This document shows positions 31,746-43,783 of a stretch of DNA of 64,000 nt, one piece after another. Within the stretch, counting starts at the first letter, position 1. Every line of letters begins with the position of its first letter. The notes beneath the pieces were generated by a model. The model saw only the letters and a program-made list of their open reading frames with translations, did no database searches and was not told the DNA's origin. This stretch comes from Eledone cirrhosa. Taxonomy: Eukaryota. A program made the translations under genes and the position numbers. The stretch covers positions 62,806,001 through 62,870,000 of the forward strand of contig OZ024743.1 of the NCBI GenBank assembly GCA_964016885.1, in the 5' to 3' direction.

Positions 31746-32399
31746 TAATAATAATAATGATAATAATAATGAAAATATTGTGTACAATGCTGAGGTGCAC
31801 TACAACTCATCAAAAGTGCATATATAATACATAGGGTAATATAAAAACGTCAGGAAAAAAGAACAGTGCATGAGTCATGATATACACATATGTGCATGTG
31901 TATGGAAGGGGGACATCAGGTGTAGTTTTGGTGTATTTCGGAATGTATGATGGTTTTAAAGGATGCAGTGTGTCATCAGCTAACAACTGATGCAGGAAGT
32001 TTGTTCCATCCTTCAGCAACTCTGAGCATGAAGAAATATTTCCTAAAGTCATGGGAGCTGTGTTGTTTTCTGACTTTGTAGGCATGTCCACGTGTTAGAC
32101 ACATGGAGATCAAAAAGGTGTTCGGGGTTGTTGTTGGTCGGATGGTTAATAACTTTGTGGGTGTTTACCAAGTCCATTGTCAGAGGGAAGCAAAATATTC
32201 AGGGTATGGTAGGTGTCTGATGGAGGGTATGCGCTTGGTTGCATGTCTCTGAACAGTTTCCAGGAGGTCAATGTTCTGAGCAAGATAGGGGTTCCAGACT
32301 GATGACGCGAACTCCAAGTGTATTCGTACCATAGATGTATACAGCTTTAAATAGATGGCTGGAGAGCAGCTAATGAAGGTCTTGCTGATTGATGCCAAG
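31746..32399 (-). mobile_element. 5'-truncated copy of the CR1 family at 43578-48186
   Basis: Reverse complement of ~47376-48186 (ASISKTFISCSPAIYLKLY..FASSVWNPY) with (TAT)n tail. Confidence 0.9.
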
Positions 32400-32584
32400 T
32401 CAATCTTAATAAATTGACTGATTTATCTGTTCACTACTGCTAATCCACCGCTGTTTGTACAATTTTTTAGATAATGTCAATTTGAGCTTGAATCATTGGC
32501 ATAATGAAATTTGAAAAGATTATAAGCAAATCTTTTTTAAAATACACAGACAACATTTAACTGTATCGTTGCAACATTAGATCT

Positions 32585-32763
32585 AATAATTGTTTCTACT
32601 TTAGGCACAAGGCCAGCAATTACCCAGTGCATTACTGGTACTTTATTTTATCTACCCCGTAAGGATGAAAGGCAAAGTCAACCTCGGCAGGATTTGAACT
32701 CAGATCGTAAAGGGACGTAACTATGCTGGAAAGCATGGCATCCGACCCTCTACCAATACTGCC
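32585..32763 (-). mobile_element. tRNA-derived SINE (Meta-domain-like family)
   Basis: B box gagttcaaatcc and central gactttgcctttcatccttacgggg..gataaaataaagtaccag on the minus strand; many copies in the window. Confidence 0.85.
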
Positions 32764-32789
32764 AAAATAATGGAGCAACATTTGTGCAG

Positions 32790-33255
32790 AATTGTTTGTG
32801 CAATAAGATATTTGCAGATCTGTACTTGGTCTGCTCTTTAGCCAACTCGGTACGTTTAGAAGCTCTACGCTCGGCTTGCTTTTGAGATATAATAGCTGAA
32901 TTTGCAGATCTATACTTGGCCTGCTTGTTTGCCAACTCATACCGTTTTGAACATCTATACTTGGCCTGTTTTTGTGTTAATTTAGCAAAATTCACAGCTC
33001 TATAATCGGCCTGTTTTTGTCTCAACTTCTCCCGATTCCGCATCCGGTAAGCTGCTTTCACATCCAATTTAATACGCCCATCTAGATTATTAGCACAGGA
33101 ATGTGAACAAGCTTGTGGGACCGCATCATTGTAAGTATATGAACTGCCTGCAACATCAAGACCCAATTCACAAGTGCAGCGTTGCTCATTCACATCGGCA
33201 GTGGGGACACCAAAATCAGTGACAGGTCTCGATTCACTCGCGAGATACATCACAG
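32790..33255 (-). pseudogene. coding-like relic with ~15-aa basic repeats, possibly a Helitron-associated N-terminal fragment
   Basis: ORF 32750..33253 contains LRQKQADYRAVNFAK / LTQKQAKYRCSKRYE / LANKQAKYRSANSAI / ISQKQAERRASKRTE / LAKEQTKYRSAN. Origin is inference. Confidence 0.35.
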
Positions 33256-33281
33256 CTACACTATATATTTAAACATATATA

Positions 33282-33342
33282 CAGTGATACCTCGCTACTT
33301 AGCGGTTCAACTATCGCGGATTCACGATTTCGCGCATTTTTA
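33282..33342 (+). mobile_element. Tigger/pogo-like terminal fragment
   Basis: TA|CAGTGATACCTCG followed by repeated tcgcgg/tcgcgc motifs; partner terminus not found. Confidence 0.5.
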
Positions 33343-33419
33343 GAATATATATATGAACACCTAAAATTTTTCATTAAATCCATTAAAATATTAATAATAA
33401 ACACAGTTCTAATCATACG

Positions 33420-33482
<63 letters not shown>

Positions 33483-33571
33483 TAAGTAATTAATACCGTA
33501 TAAATGGTACAAAGACTGTTTATGTAAAATGTATTTCTCAACAGAGTATTGAATACTTAGGAGAAATTCAA

Positions 33572-33765
33572 AACGAAGAGTGATAAAATTTCAAGCAAAG
33601 AGTTTAATTAGGTAATGACTTACAAATTTGTTTCAGTATATAGACAAAGCCTGAAGCGCTAATTATAATAATTAGTTAATAATATTATATTAAAGATATA
33701 CTGAAACAAATTTGTAAGTCATTACCTAATTAAACTCTTTGCTTGAAATGTTATCATTCTTCGTT
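33572..33765. repeat. inverted repeat with 70-bp arms and 54-bp spacer
   Basis: 33572-33641 vs 33696-33765, two mismatches seen. Confidence 0.9.
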
Positions 33766-34568
33766 GAGAGAGAGAGAGAGAGAGAGATTTATCTAGTCCT
33801 TCGCTCAAGATTAATCTATAAGTTTAGATGTCTGCCTTCGTTTAAGTAAATATTACAGTAAGATTTTTAATATAAACAACTACAAAAAACAATTAATATT
33901 AAAACGAAAAAATTATCAATGATAAAAGAAGCGGATGCAACTTTTTTTTTTATAAAGTTATATTCCTGTTTCTTTAAAGAACATTTCATTTTTGTTCTAT
34001 TGTAGGCGAAATAATGCAATGGTTTAATAGGGAAGATATAACTTACCAATTATGTCTCTAACCGTGTAACGCTTTTTAAGTAGATAACTACAATTGAAAA
34101 TACTAAAGAAATGGAACCAACAATTCAATTTGAAAGTCGTCTACTTATAGTGACAGTGTATTACTGGTACTTTATTTTATCGACCCCGTAACGATGAAAG
34201 GCAAAAATGCAAATGTTTAAAATTTAAATTGCCTTAATTCTATCGTCTGCTGTTTCATTAAAGGGAGATTCTCGTCTGTATTTAATTCTATCGTCTACTG
34301 TTCCACTAAACAGATATACCTCCACTATCGTCTCTATTTATACATTTTAACTTATAACTTATACACATTTGATTTGAAATATTTTATCTAGTCCCCCCTC
34401 TCAATATTATGATGATTTCTTTCGAATGAAACAGTTCTAGTCCTGTAGAAGCCATTTATATATATAATTGAACTGAGTTAAAAATTCACAATATTTATAA
34501 TTAAATAAGCTCATATATATATGTGTGTATTTATCTGTTTATTGTATTATATATAATGTGTGTATATA

Positions 34569-34665
34569 CAGGATGTCCCCCAAAAATATATACACACTTC
34601 AACAGCATTCTAATAACTATTGCCTGTACAGGTAATCAAAGTGTCAATCGAATGTTAGTTTCGTG
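34569..34665 (+). mobile_element. possible Tc1/mariner terminal fragment
   Basis: TA|CAGGATGTCCCCCAAAAATATATACACACTT resembles mariner-type TIRs; no partner seen. Confidence 0.35.
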
Positions 34666-35123
34666 TTTTAACAGTACAAATTTACAATACACACATAAAA
34701 CCAGTGTATATACATACATGAGTGTGTATACACATACATGAATGTGTATATACAATATATATGTCTATATATATATAGACACATATATTCACGGTGCAAC
34801 GGAACATTAAAATATAGATGCGGGAAGGGGGTGTATATATAGGGGCGCTGGGGATAAAGGAGTGTAAAGCGTGTGTAATTGATATATTGAAGGAGAGGAG
34901 CGTGCAGCGATAGAGTAACAAATATATAGAGAGGGGGAGAGATGGTATTGAAGGGGTGGAGTGCAAAGCGAAAGAGTAAGAGAGATATATATAGAGACGG
35001 AACAGATAGAGAGAAACAGGCGTAAGTAACAGTGGAAGAGATATATAGAGAGGGGGAAATGTGTTATTGAAGGGGAGGAGTGTAAAGCGAAAGCGTAAGA
35101 TATATATAGAGAGAGGGGGAATA

Positions 35124-35161
<38 letters not shown>

Positions 35162-35272
35162 ACACTTACTCTGATTGGTTGAAAATTAGCCAATGACATA
35201 CGATCACCACCACCACGGCTATCCCCGAAAAATTTATGAAGAAGCTAGGCATATATGTTATTAATATTATAT

Positions 35273-35343
35273 TATATATCTGTTAGAACACGAAAAGTGA
35301 ACATTCTGTTGTTTCACACTTTTCGTGTTCTAACAGATATATA
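35273..35343. repeat. perfect hairpin with 27-bp arms and 17-nt loop
   Basis: tatatatctgttagaacacgaaaagtg (35273-35299) / cacttttcgtgttctaacagatatata (35317-35343). Confidence 0.92.
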
Positions 35344-35364
35344 CATACATATATATATATATAC

Positions 35365-38165
35365 AGAGATAGATCAATAAGACAATAGAGGTAGTTAGAG
35401 TTAGTAATAGAATAATTAAGCTTAGATTAGTTGTAGGCAGGAGACTACTGACAATCATCTCTGCCTATGCTCCCCAAGCAGGCCTAGGCAAAGAAGAGAA
35501 AGACTGCTTTTACGAGCAACTTTTACAAACAACCGCAATGACAGAGGACGGAGACATCGTTATGCTAGCAGGGGACTTCAATGGTCATGTTGGACAGCTC
35601 CAGGATGGTTACACTGGGGTACATGATGGGCTCGGTTACGGCTCAAGAAATGAAGAAGGAGTGAGACTTCTTGAATTTTGCAACACTAACTTCCAGAAAC
35701 CGGCCAACCACCTAATAACCTACAAATCAGGCGAGCACATAAGCCAGATTAACTTCTTACTAGTTAGGCAGCGGGTCAGGCAGATGGTGTCAAATACCAA
35801 GGCATACCGTGGGGAAGAATGTACCCCACAGCATAGGTTAGTCATTAGTGATATCTCAGTGAGCAAGAGATGGAATGAGACATACAGGAAGGTGTGGAGA
35901 AGAAAGGTCTGGAAGCTAAAAGACCTTTCACTAAAATACAAATTTAGGAAAGCCCTTCAAGATGTGTGACGAAAAAGAAGACGATTTAGAGACGTATGAC
36001 AGATAATAACTGAAATTTCTTACGTGACAACTTACTGCAGGCTACTGATGAAACTTGAGGCTGGAGCAGAGCTCCAACCAGACAGAGAGTGACCTGGTGG
36101 TTGAACAGCACAGTAGATAAGGCCATTAGAGACAAAAGACGAGCATGGAAGGCTTGGAAAAAGGGTGGGAATAGAGAAGGATATACAGCAACTAAGAGAG
36201 AAGCTAGACGTCAGGTGTACTTAGCACGCAGGGAGGCTGAGAGTAGGAGGTTTGCCAATGTTCTGCGACAGGAAAATCAGAGGTGTGTGGTGTTCCACAT
36301 TGCAAGGCAGTGTGTCAATGCAAATCAGGATGTTGTTGGAGATAAATGTGTCCGGAATGATGCCGGTGTACTTAGTGACACAAATGATCAGAAAAAGGAA
36401 ACCTGGAAATGTCATTATGAGAGACTGATGAATGTGGAGAACGAATGGGAGATCCGACAGAGGGACCAGCTATTGAGATTGACAAATATAGGGTCCAAGA
36501 GGCGATTAAGGAAAAGAAAAATGGTAAGGCTGCTGGACCGTCGGGGATAGTTGCTGAGATCCTGAAGGCATCAGGGGACGTAGGCACTAAACTGGTTGCA
36601 CGCATCATCAATCAGGCTATATATGGTGGTGTCATACCCAAAGACTGGTGCAACAGTATTCTCATAAATTGCTACAAAGGTAAAGGAGATGCTCTGGAGA
36701 GGAGCAATTATAGGGGTATAAAACTGATGGATCAGGTTATGAAAGTGGCAGAAAGGATATTAGCACAACTAATTAGAGAAAGGGTCAAACCAGATGAGAT
36801 GCAGTTTGGTTTTGTGCCTGGGAAAAGTACAACAGATGCCCTCTTCTTGGTGAGACAATTACAAGAGAGGTTCTTAGAGAAGAATAAGCTACTATACTTA
36901 GCCTTTGTTGACCTAGAGAAGGCCTTTGATAGTGTACCCCGATCTGTCATCTGGTGGTCCCTAAGGAAACAAGGTGTTGAGGAATGGCTTGTGAGGACAG
37001 TGCAAACTTTGTACAGAGGTGCTGTCAGTAAAGTCAGGGTAGGAATGGAGTTTAGTGAGGAATTCCAGATACAAGTAGGAGTACATCAAGGTTCGGTCCT
37101 CAGCCCGCTCTTGTTCATTATAGTCCTCCAAGCCATAACAGAGGAGTTTAAGACTGGCTGTCCATGGGAACTTCTCTATGCTGACGATCTGGTTCTTATA
37201 GCAGAATCAGTAGAGGAGCTAGAGAATAAATTCTGGCTATGGAAACAGCAGTTGGAAGCAAGAGGACTGAGAGTGAACCTAGCTAAGACAAAAGTGTTGG
37301 AGTAGAAAAGAGGACAAAACTCTGATTCCATCAGGGAAATGGCCATGTTCGATATGCAGAAAAGGAACTGGCATAAATTCTATAAAATGCACACAATGCA
37401 GATCCTGGGTACACAGGTAGGAAAACTAATAGGTAGGGAGAAATACGTATGCAGTAGATGTACAGGGAAAGTTGGTAGTAGTAATCACAGTGATAGACAC
37501 ATTTTTCCAATGCAGGTGGGTTCTATAGAAGTGGTTGATAGCTTCCGGTACCTAGGTGATCAGATTAGCATGGGAGAGGGGGGGGAGTTCCGAGGCCATA
37601 TTATCTAGAATAAGGACGGGTTGGAAGAAGTTTAGGGAGCTGCTTCCTCTGTTGACAAAGGGTTTCTCCCTGCGTACGAAAGGACGGTTATATGATGCCT
37701 GTGTGAGATGCGCGATGCTGCATGGTAATGAGACATGGGCAGCAACTGCAGAAGATATGTGACAGCTGGAGAGAAATGAAGCAAGTATGCTCCGTTGGAT
37801 GTGCAATGTCAATGTGCGTGAACGACCAAGCATAGACAAATTGAGAGGGAAACTAGGTATAAGAGGGATAAGTTGTGGTGTGCAGGAGAGAAATGCTGAG
37901 ATGGTATGGACATGTGATGCGCATGGAGGATGACCGCTGCATAAAGAAGTGCCAAGAAATCCCAGTAGAAGGAAGACGCAGTAGAGGTAGACCACAAAAA
38001 ACATGCTCGGAGGTGGTGAGAGCTGACCTCAGATCACTGAAACTCACCGAGGAGATGACGAAGGACCTTGACAAGTAGAGAAATGCTGTGCTGAATAGGA
38101 CCCATCCAACCCTTGCAAGCAGGGAAAAGCGGACATATGATGATGATGATGATGATGATGATGAT
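35365..38165 (+). mobile_element. RTE family 2 LINE; 5'-truncated and decayed
   Basis: APE and RT fragments (AGDFNGHVG, FVDLEKAFD, GVHQGSVLSP, YADD, YLGD), PHD remnant at 37345-37461, very short 3' UTR, (GAT)n tail at ~38139-38165. Confidence 0.93.
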
Positions 38166-41040
38166 AAACATTGTGATGGCTATGACAGAATCCATGGAGG
38201 CTATGAGTTTGGTACTAGAAATGAGGAAGGCTTCAGAATCCTGGAATTCTCTGACGCTAATAACCTATCTGTAACACAAAATTTAAAAACTAAGACAATT
38301 ACTTGTTCACCTATAGATCAGGGGAAAACGCCAGCCAGATAGCTTATATCCTTACTAGACGACATGACAGAGTGTCTGTTGTAAACACTAAGTCCCTCCC
38401 CCGTGAAGAATGCACCTACCAACATAGCTCCATAGTTAGTGACCTCATGGTCAGGACTAGACGTACTCGACGACAGAGGAGGACTACCCTGAGAAGAATA
38501 TGGAAGTTGAAGGACCCCACAGCCAGTAACAAATTTAAAAGCATATTACTTGATGCTTTTGACAGTAAGGAAGAGCAATTAGAGATGTACAGTATAGAAC
38601 AGTGGGAATTCATGAAAGTTAACCTGCTAAAAGTGACAGACGAAATCTGTGGCTGGAGAAGACCTATAGGCAGGAGGAGATTAACTTGGTGGTGGAACAG
38701 TAAGGTGGAGGAAACAATCAAGGCCAAAAAGCAAGCTTGGAAAGTATGGCGGGATGGGGCAAGTAGAGAACACTATCAAGTGGCCAGGAGAGAAGCTAGG
38801 AGACAAGTGTACTTTGCAATAAGGGAAGCAGAGGATAGAAAGTTCAAGCATGTTCTACAATGCGAGGACCAAAAACGTGAGGTTCAGGATTGCAAGACAA
38901 TGTGTCAAGTAAAACCGCGATATTGTCGGGGAGAAGTGTGTCCTTAATGATGGCAGTGTACTTGCCTTCACTGATAAGAGGGTAGCTTGGAAGTGTCACT
39001 ATGAGAGACTGAGGAGAATAAATGGGATAAAGATAGTCTGTCTCAAATCGATCCAATAGAGAGACCAGCAGTGCAAGTTAAAGGTAATATGTAAGTAAGG
39101 CAATCAAAGATATGAAGACAGGCAAGGTAGCTGGGCCTTTGGGGATAGTTGCTGAGATGTTGAAGGCATCTGGAATGGTGGGACATACTATGGTTACCCG
39201 GATAGTAAACCAAGTAATACAGAATGGGGTAATACCAAATGACTGGCGTAGCATCATCATCATTAACTGCTACAAGGGTAAAGGAGATGCTCTAGATAGA
39301 GGAAACTATAGAGGCATTAAGTTAATTGACCAGGTCATGAAGGTCACAGAAAGAGTTATAGCACAAGTAATCAGAGATCGAATTGATCTAGATGAAATGC
39401 AGTTTTGGTTTGTCTCGGGTAAAAGTAGCACAGGTGCTCTTTTCCTTGTATGATAACTACAGAAGTACCTAGCTAAAAGTAAACCCCTCTACTTAGCTTT
39501 TGTTGACTTGGAGAAAGCCTTTCACAGAGTCCTCCGCTCCATTATCTGGTGGGCTCTTAGAAAACTAGGTGTAAATGAATGGCTTGTGAGAGCTATACAA
39601 GTCATGTATAAAGAAACAGTCAGCAAGGTTAGAAATAACAATGAATATAGTGAAGAATTTAGCGTAAAAGTTGGTGTTCATCCTATTTATTATTGCTCCT
39701 CAGGCTATAACAGAGGAGTTTAAGACCGGCTCCCCATGGGAACTTCTATATGCAGATGATCTAACTCTCATAGCTGAATCTATGGCCGAACTAGAGAAGA
39801 AATTCCAAACATGGAAGCATGGCCTAGAATCAAAAGGCCTTAAAGTTAACTTGTCTAAGACTAAAGTTCTAGTAAGTAGGAAGGAAAATAGGGCAAAGGT
39901 GCCCTCTGGGAAATGGCCATGCACAGTGTGTAGAAATTCCATTTTATGTCCCAAATGCAAACTATGGGTACATAGATGTAGTGAGATCACAGGTAAGCTA
40001 TCTAAGAACGTAGATTTTATATGTGGCTGATGCTCAGGTGCAATAAGTAGCAAGTGCCAACAGGATACTAGCTCCTTCTACTGGCCAGATGGTTCTATAG
40101 AAATAGTGGACACTTTCCGTTACCTGGGTGACAAAATCAGCAGTGGTGGAGGGTGCTCTGAAAGTACAGTAGCCAGAGTCAGAACGGGATGGAAAAAGTA
40201 CAGAGAGCTTATACCGCTGTTGGCCACAAAAGGTTTCTCTCTAAAAATGAAAGGCACATTGTATATTGGCTGTATACGAACAGCAATGTTACATGGCAGT
40301 GCGACATGGGCATTGTGTGCAGAGGACCTGCACAGACTGGAAAGGAACTAAGCATGCATGCTCCGTTGGATGTGTAATAGTAATATACGCGAATAGCAAA
40401 ACATAAATGAACTAAGCGAGAAAATAGGAATAAGAGGCATCAGATGCTGTTTACTTGAGAGAAGACTACGTTGGTATGGTCACGTGATGCGCATGAAAGA
40501 CGACAGCTGTATAAAAATGTGCAGGGCGATCAAAATTGATGGAAATTACGGAGTAGGTAGACCCAGAAAAACCTGGGACGATTTGATAAATTCCGACCTT
40601 ACACACTTGCACCTCTCTAAGACAATGTCACTGGACCGAGATGTTTGGCTCCACACAGTAATACTGAAGACCCGCCTTCCCTATGTACAAAGTTAACCTA
40701 CAGTCAGTAGGCACCTCTTAACCAAATATACACCCCAACCCAACACCCCTACTCCATCCTTCCACTCACACCTCCCTTTCTCTGTGAAGTTATGTTGGTA
40801 CCACACCGTCCAGTCCAAACTAATGAGGTCGTGTAGGTGTCACGACAAAAAAACAGTCAACGCTGTAATGTGGCCGTTGTAGGTAACACGATAAAAACCT
40901 CCCAGTCCACACTGTAAATGTGGTTGGTGTTAGGAAGGGCATCCAACCGTAGAAAACCTGCCAGATAGTCCTATACGAGTGAGATAACTCCCGTCTAACC
41001 CACGCTAGCGTGGAAGATAGACGTTAAACGATGATGATGA
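38166..41040 (+). mobile_element. RTE family 1, copy 3; 5'-truncated and more decayed
   Basis: Collinear with ~6470-9421, many stops and frameshifts. Starts directly after the family 2 tail; own (GAT)n tail ends at ~41040. Confidence 0.93.
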
Positions 41041-41189
41041 CACATATTCATACACACATATATATGTGTGTGTATATATGTATATATAGAGAGGTGTGTG
41101 GTGTGTGTGTGTATATATATATATATGTGTGTGTATACATATATATATATATATATATATATGTATACACACACACACACATATATATA

Positions 41190-42012
41190 TAATTGTTTCT
41201 ACGTTAGGCACAAGGCCAGCAATTACCCAGTGTATTACTGGTACTTTATTTTATCGACCCCGTAAGGATGAAAGGCAAAGTTATATATATATAATGATAA
41301 TTGTTTCTACTTTTGGCACAAGGCCAGCAATTATCCAAGTGTATTACTGGTACTTTATTTTATCGACCCCGTAAGGATGAAAGGCAAAGTTATATATATA
41401 TAATGATAATTGTTTCTACTTTTGGCACAAGGCCAGCAATTATCCAAGTGTATTACTGGTACTTTATTTAATCGACCCCGTAAAGATGAAAGGCAAAGTT
41501 AACCTCGGCGGGATTTGAACTCGCATAGGGCTGTAACTCTATGCGTCAAAGCATGGCGTCCGACCATCTACCGATACCGCCAATCCACAGGCTAAAGGCC
41601 AACAATTTTGGAGGGAGGAGAAAGTCGATTAAATTGACCGTAGTACGTTACTGGTACTTCATTTTATTGACCCCCGTTTGGATGAAAGGCAAAGCTAAAG
41701 ACGCTTGTGCGATAGCAGCCAAATTCCCAGTATATAATAATAGTCATATCAAATAATTTTTTTTTTGGTGGGGGAGGGATTTCATAGGTATTTTATGAGT
41801 TGTATAAATTTACAGTAGAATAACGTTGCAAATGTTTTAAATAAAACGGGAGTATCATGGTTGGTATGATGCATCTAATAAGATAACCGACATGGTGCTA
41901 AACAATAATATACATAATTGTTTCTACTTTTGGCACAAGGCCAGCAATTACTCAGTGCATTACTGGTACTTTGTTTCATCGACGCTGTAAGGATGAAAGG
42001 CAAAGTTAACCA
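41190..42012 (-). mobile_element. cluster of Meta-like SINE copies and fragments, including a ~109-bp tandem triplication of the SINE 3' half
   Basis: ttgtttctac...gaaaggcaaagtt units start at 41193, 41301 and 41410; further pieces at ~41595-41695 and 41915-42012. Confidence 0.85.
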
Positions 42013-43009
42013 TAATATACATAATAGTTAAGGATGAAAGGCAAAATAATATACATAATGCTTTCTTAACACAAGATAACGCAATATTAGCAATAAGATG
42101 ACAAATGAGAATATGTTTAACATTTACCTTAGTGCGTATATCCTCTTCTCTTTGAACGTATGCACTTTCTTATCCTGTCTTTTTGTCCGAATTAAGGCAA
42201 TGTTAGTGAAGATACATATAAATATAACGACCGAGCGTTCTTGTTTTATAAAAGAACATTAGCTCTCAGCATCATTTTAACCTATTTCTCGCTATGTATA
42301 TATTTCTCTTGTCTTACATAAATAACATGAATTACTCACATGCTTATCCATATAACGATATAATTAAATCTCATATTTTATATATAATAAATTGCTCTTT
42401 AGGAAAAAAATAAATAGTCTCTAAAACCAAAAAAAGGCAACTATGTAAATAATTACTGCTGTTTTGTGATTATGATGATGATCATATAATAACATTTCGA
42501 GACATTAAGTGGTAATAAAGAGACAACATACTCAAAATAACTGTAATAACTGATGTTTACGATGGTCGAAATTGTGACTGCCCTAAAATATCTATTCGTT
42601 GTTTTGCATGCAATTCACATACTTTTAACTATTTAAAATATATTATAATAGGTAAAACGTGTGAGAATTTTAGAAAAAAACAAATTAAAAATTCTGTCGA
42701 CAAGAATTCTTCTCCCTCTACATTATAGCAACTTTATTTTCGCCACCATTCACACTTTTTCTTTCTCTCTAATTTTTAGTGTGTATATGTGTATGAACGC
42801 TTGTTACCACTTACTTTTACTCATTTATGCGCTCTAAGCCTTTTCTCGCCACCATAATCCTTGAATCTCACTCACTCTCTCTCTCTCTCACTCACTCACT
42901 TTTTCTTAAAAGATAAGAACCTGTCTCGGCACTACTATTAGCTGTCAGAAGTGAAAGTTTCGTCAACCTTCTCAATCGTAAACATCGTTTATTTCCGTAT
43001 TATCACACG

Positions 43010-43197
43010 TTGTGGATTGGCAGTATCGGTAGAGGGTCGGACGTCACGCTTTGACGCATAGAGTTACGTCCCTAGCCATTCTGAGTTCAAATCCCGCCGA
43101 GGTTAACTTTGCCTTTCATCCTTACGGGGTCGATGAAATAAAGTACCAGTAATGCACTGGGTAATTTCTGACCTTGTGCCTAAAGTAGAAACAGTTA
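43010..43197 (+). mobile_element. tRNA-derived SINE (Meta-like), full copy
   Basis: A-box-like tggcagtatcgg, B box gagttcaaatcc, central domain and 3' ccttgtgcctaaagtagaaac. Confidence 0.85.
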
Positions 43198-43249
43198 TTT
43201 TAATAAAGCATATCGATGTAAGTGGAGTTACTTAAATGAAAATATAGGT

Positions 43250-43265
43250 GGCTCTTAAAAGAGCC
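43250..43265 (-). promoter_or_regulatory. histone 3' stem-loop-like motif (GGCTCT TTTA AGAGCC ACC), no histone ORF
   Basis: Fits the 6-bp stem / 4-nt loop consensus followed by ACC. Confidence 0.6.
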
Positions 43266-43396
43266 AAATTAGAAAACAAGTCATGGTTATCAAATAAATT
43301 GGATTTAATCATTTATATTTTCATAGTCATGGTTATCAATGTAGAAAACAAGTCATTTTCACCAACAGTGGAGTTAACTTAAATGAAAATATAGGT

Positions 43397-43412
43397 GGCC
43401 CTTAAAAGGGCC
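43397..43412 (-). promoter_or_regulatory. histone 3' stem-loop-like motif (GGCCCT TTTA AGGGCC ACC), no histone ORF
   Basis: Same fold, with a compensatory T-A to C-G change relative to the 43250 copy. Confidence 0.6.
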
Positions 43413-43783
43413 AAATTAGAAAACAAATATATGGTTATCAAATTTTTTTCACGAACCCTATACATGAAATTGACAACCATGACTATGAAAATATAAATGA
43501 TTAAATCCAATTTATTTGATAAAAAAAAAAAATGATTAAATCCAATTTATTTGATAAAAAACAAAAACAAAAAAAAACGTTATTTCGCTGTTAATAAACA
43601 ACTGCCTTCTACAGTACGTTTCATTTAACTTACACAGCATATTTATTTGCTTACATGCACAGACTCTTCTACACACAACATTTAAGAAAACGGAAACAAA
43701 ATACACAAACAAACAGACATTTTATTTCTATCGTAATCAAGTGCGCTAAACCTATATTGTTTACATTCTGTGTTTTTCTACGG

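Noticed and set aside
38137-38165. Poly-Asp tract in ORF 38088..38342
   Set aside because: It is the (GAT)n LINE tail read in frame across a junction of two elements.
42126-42260. Possible minus-strand host exon (hydrophobic SVVIFICIFTNIALI followed by ag|gtaaat)
   Set aside because: In-frame stop just upstream, no start or acceptor, no partner exons and no recognisable homology.
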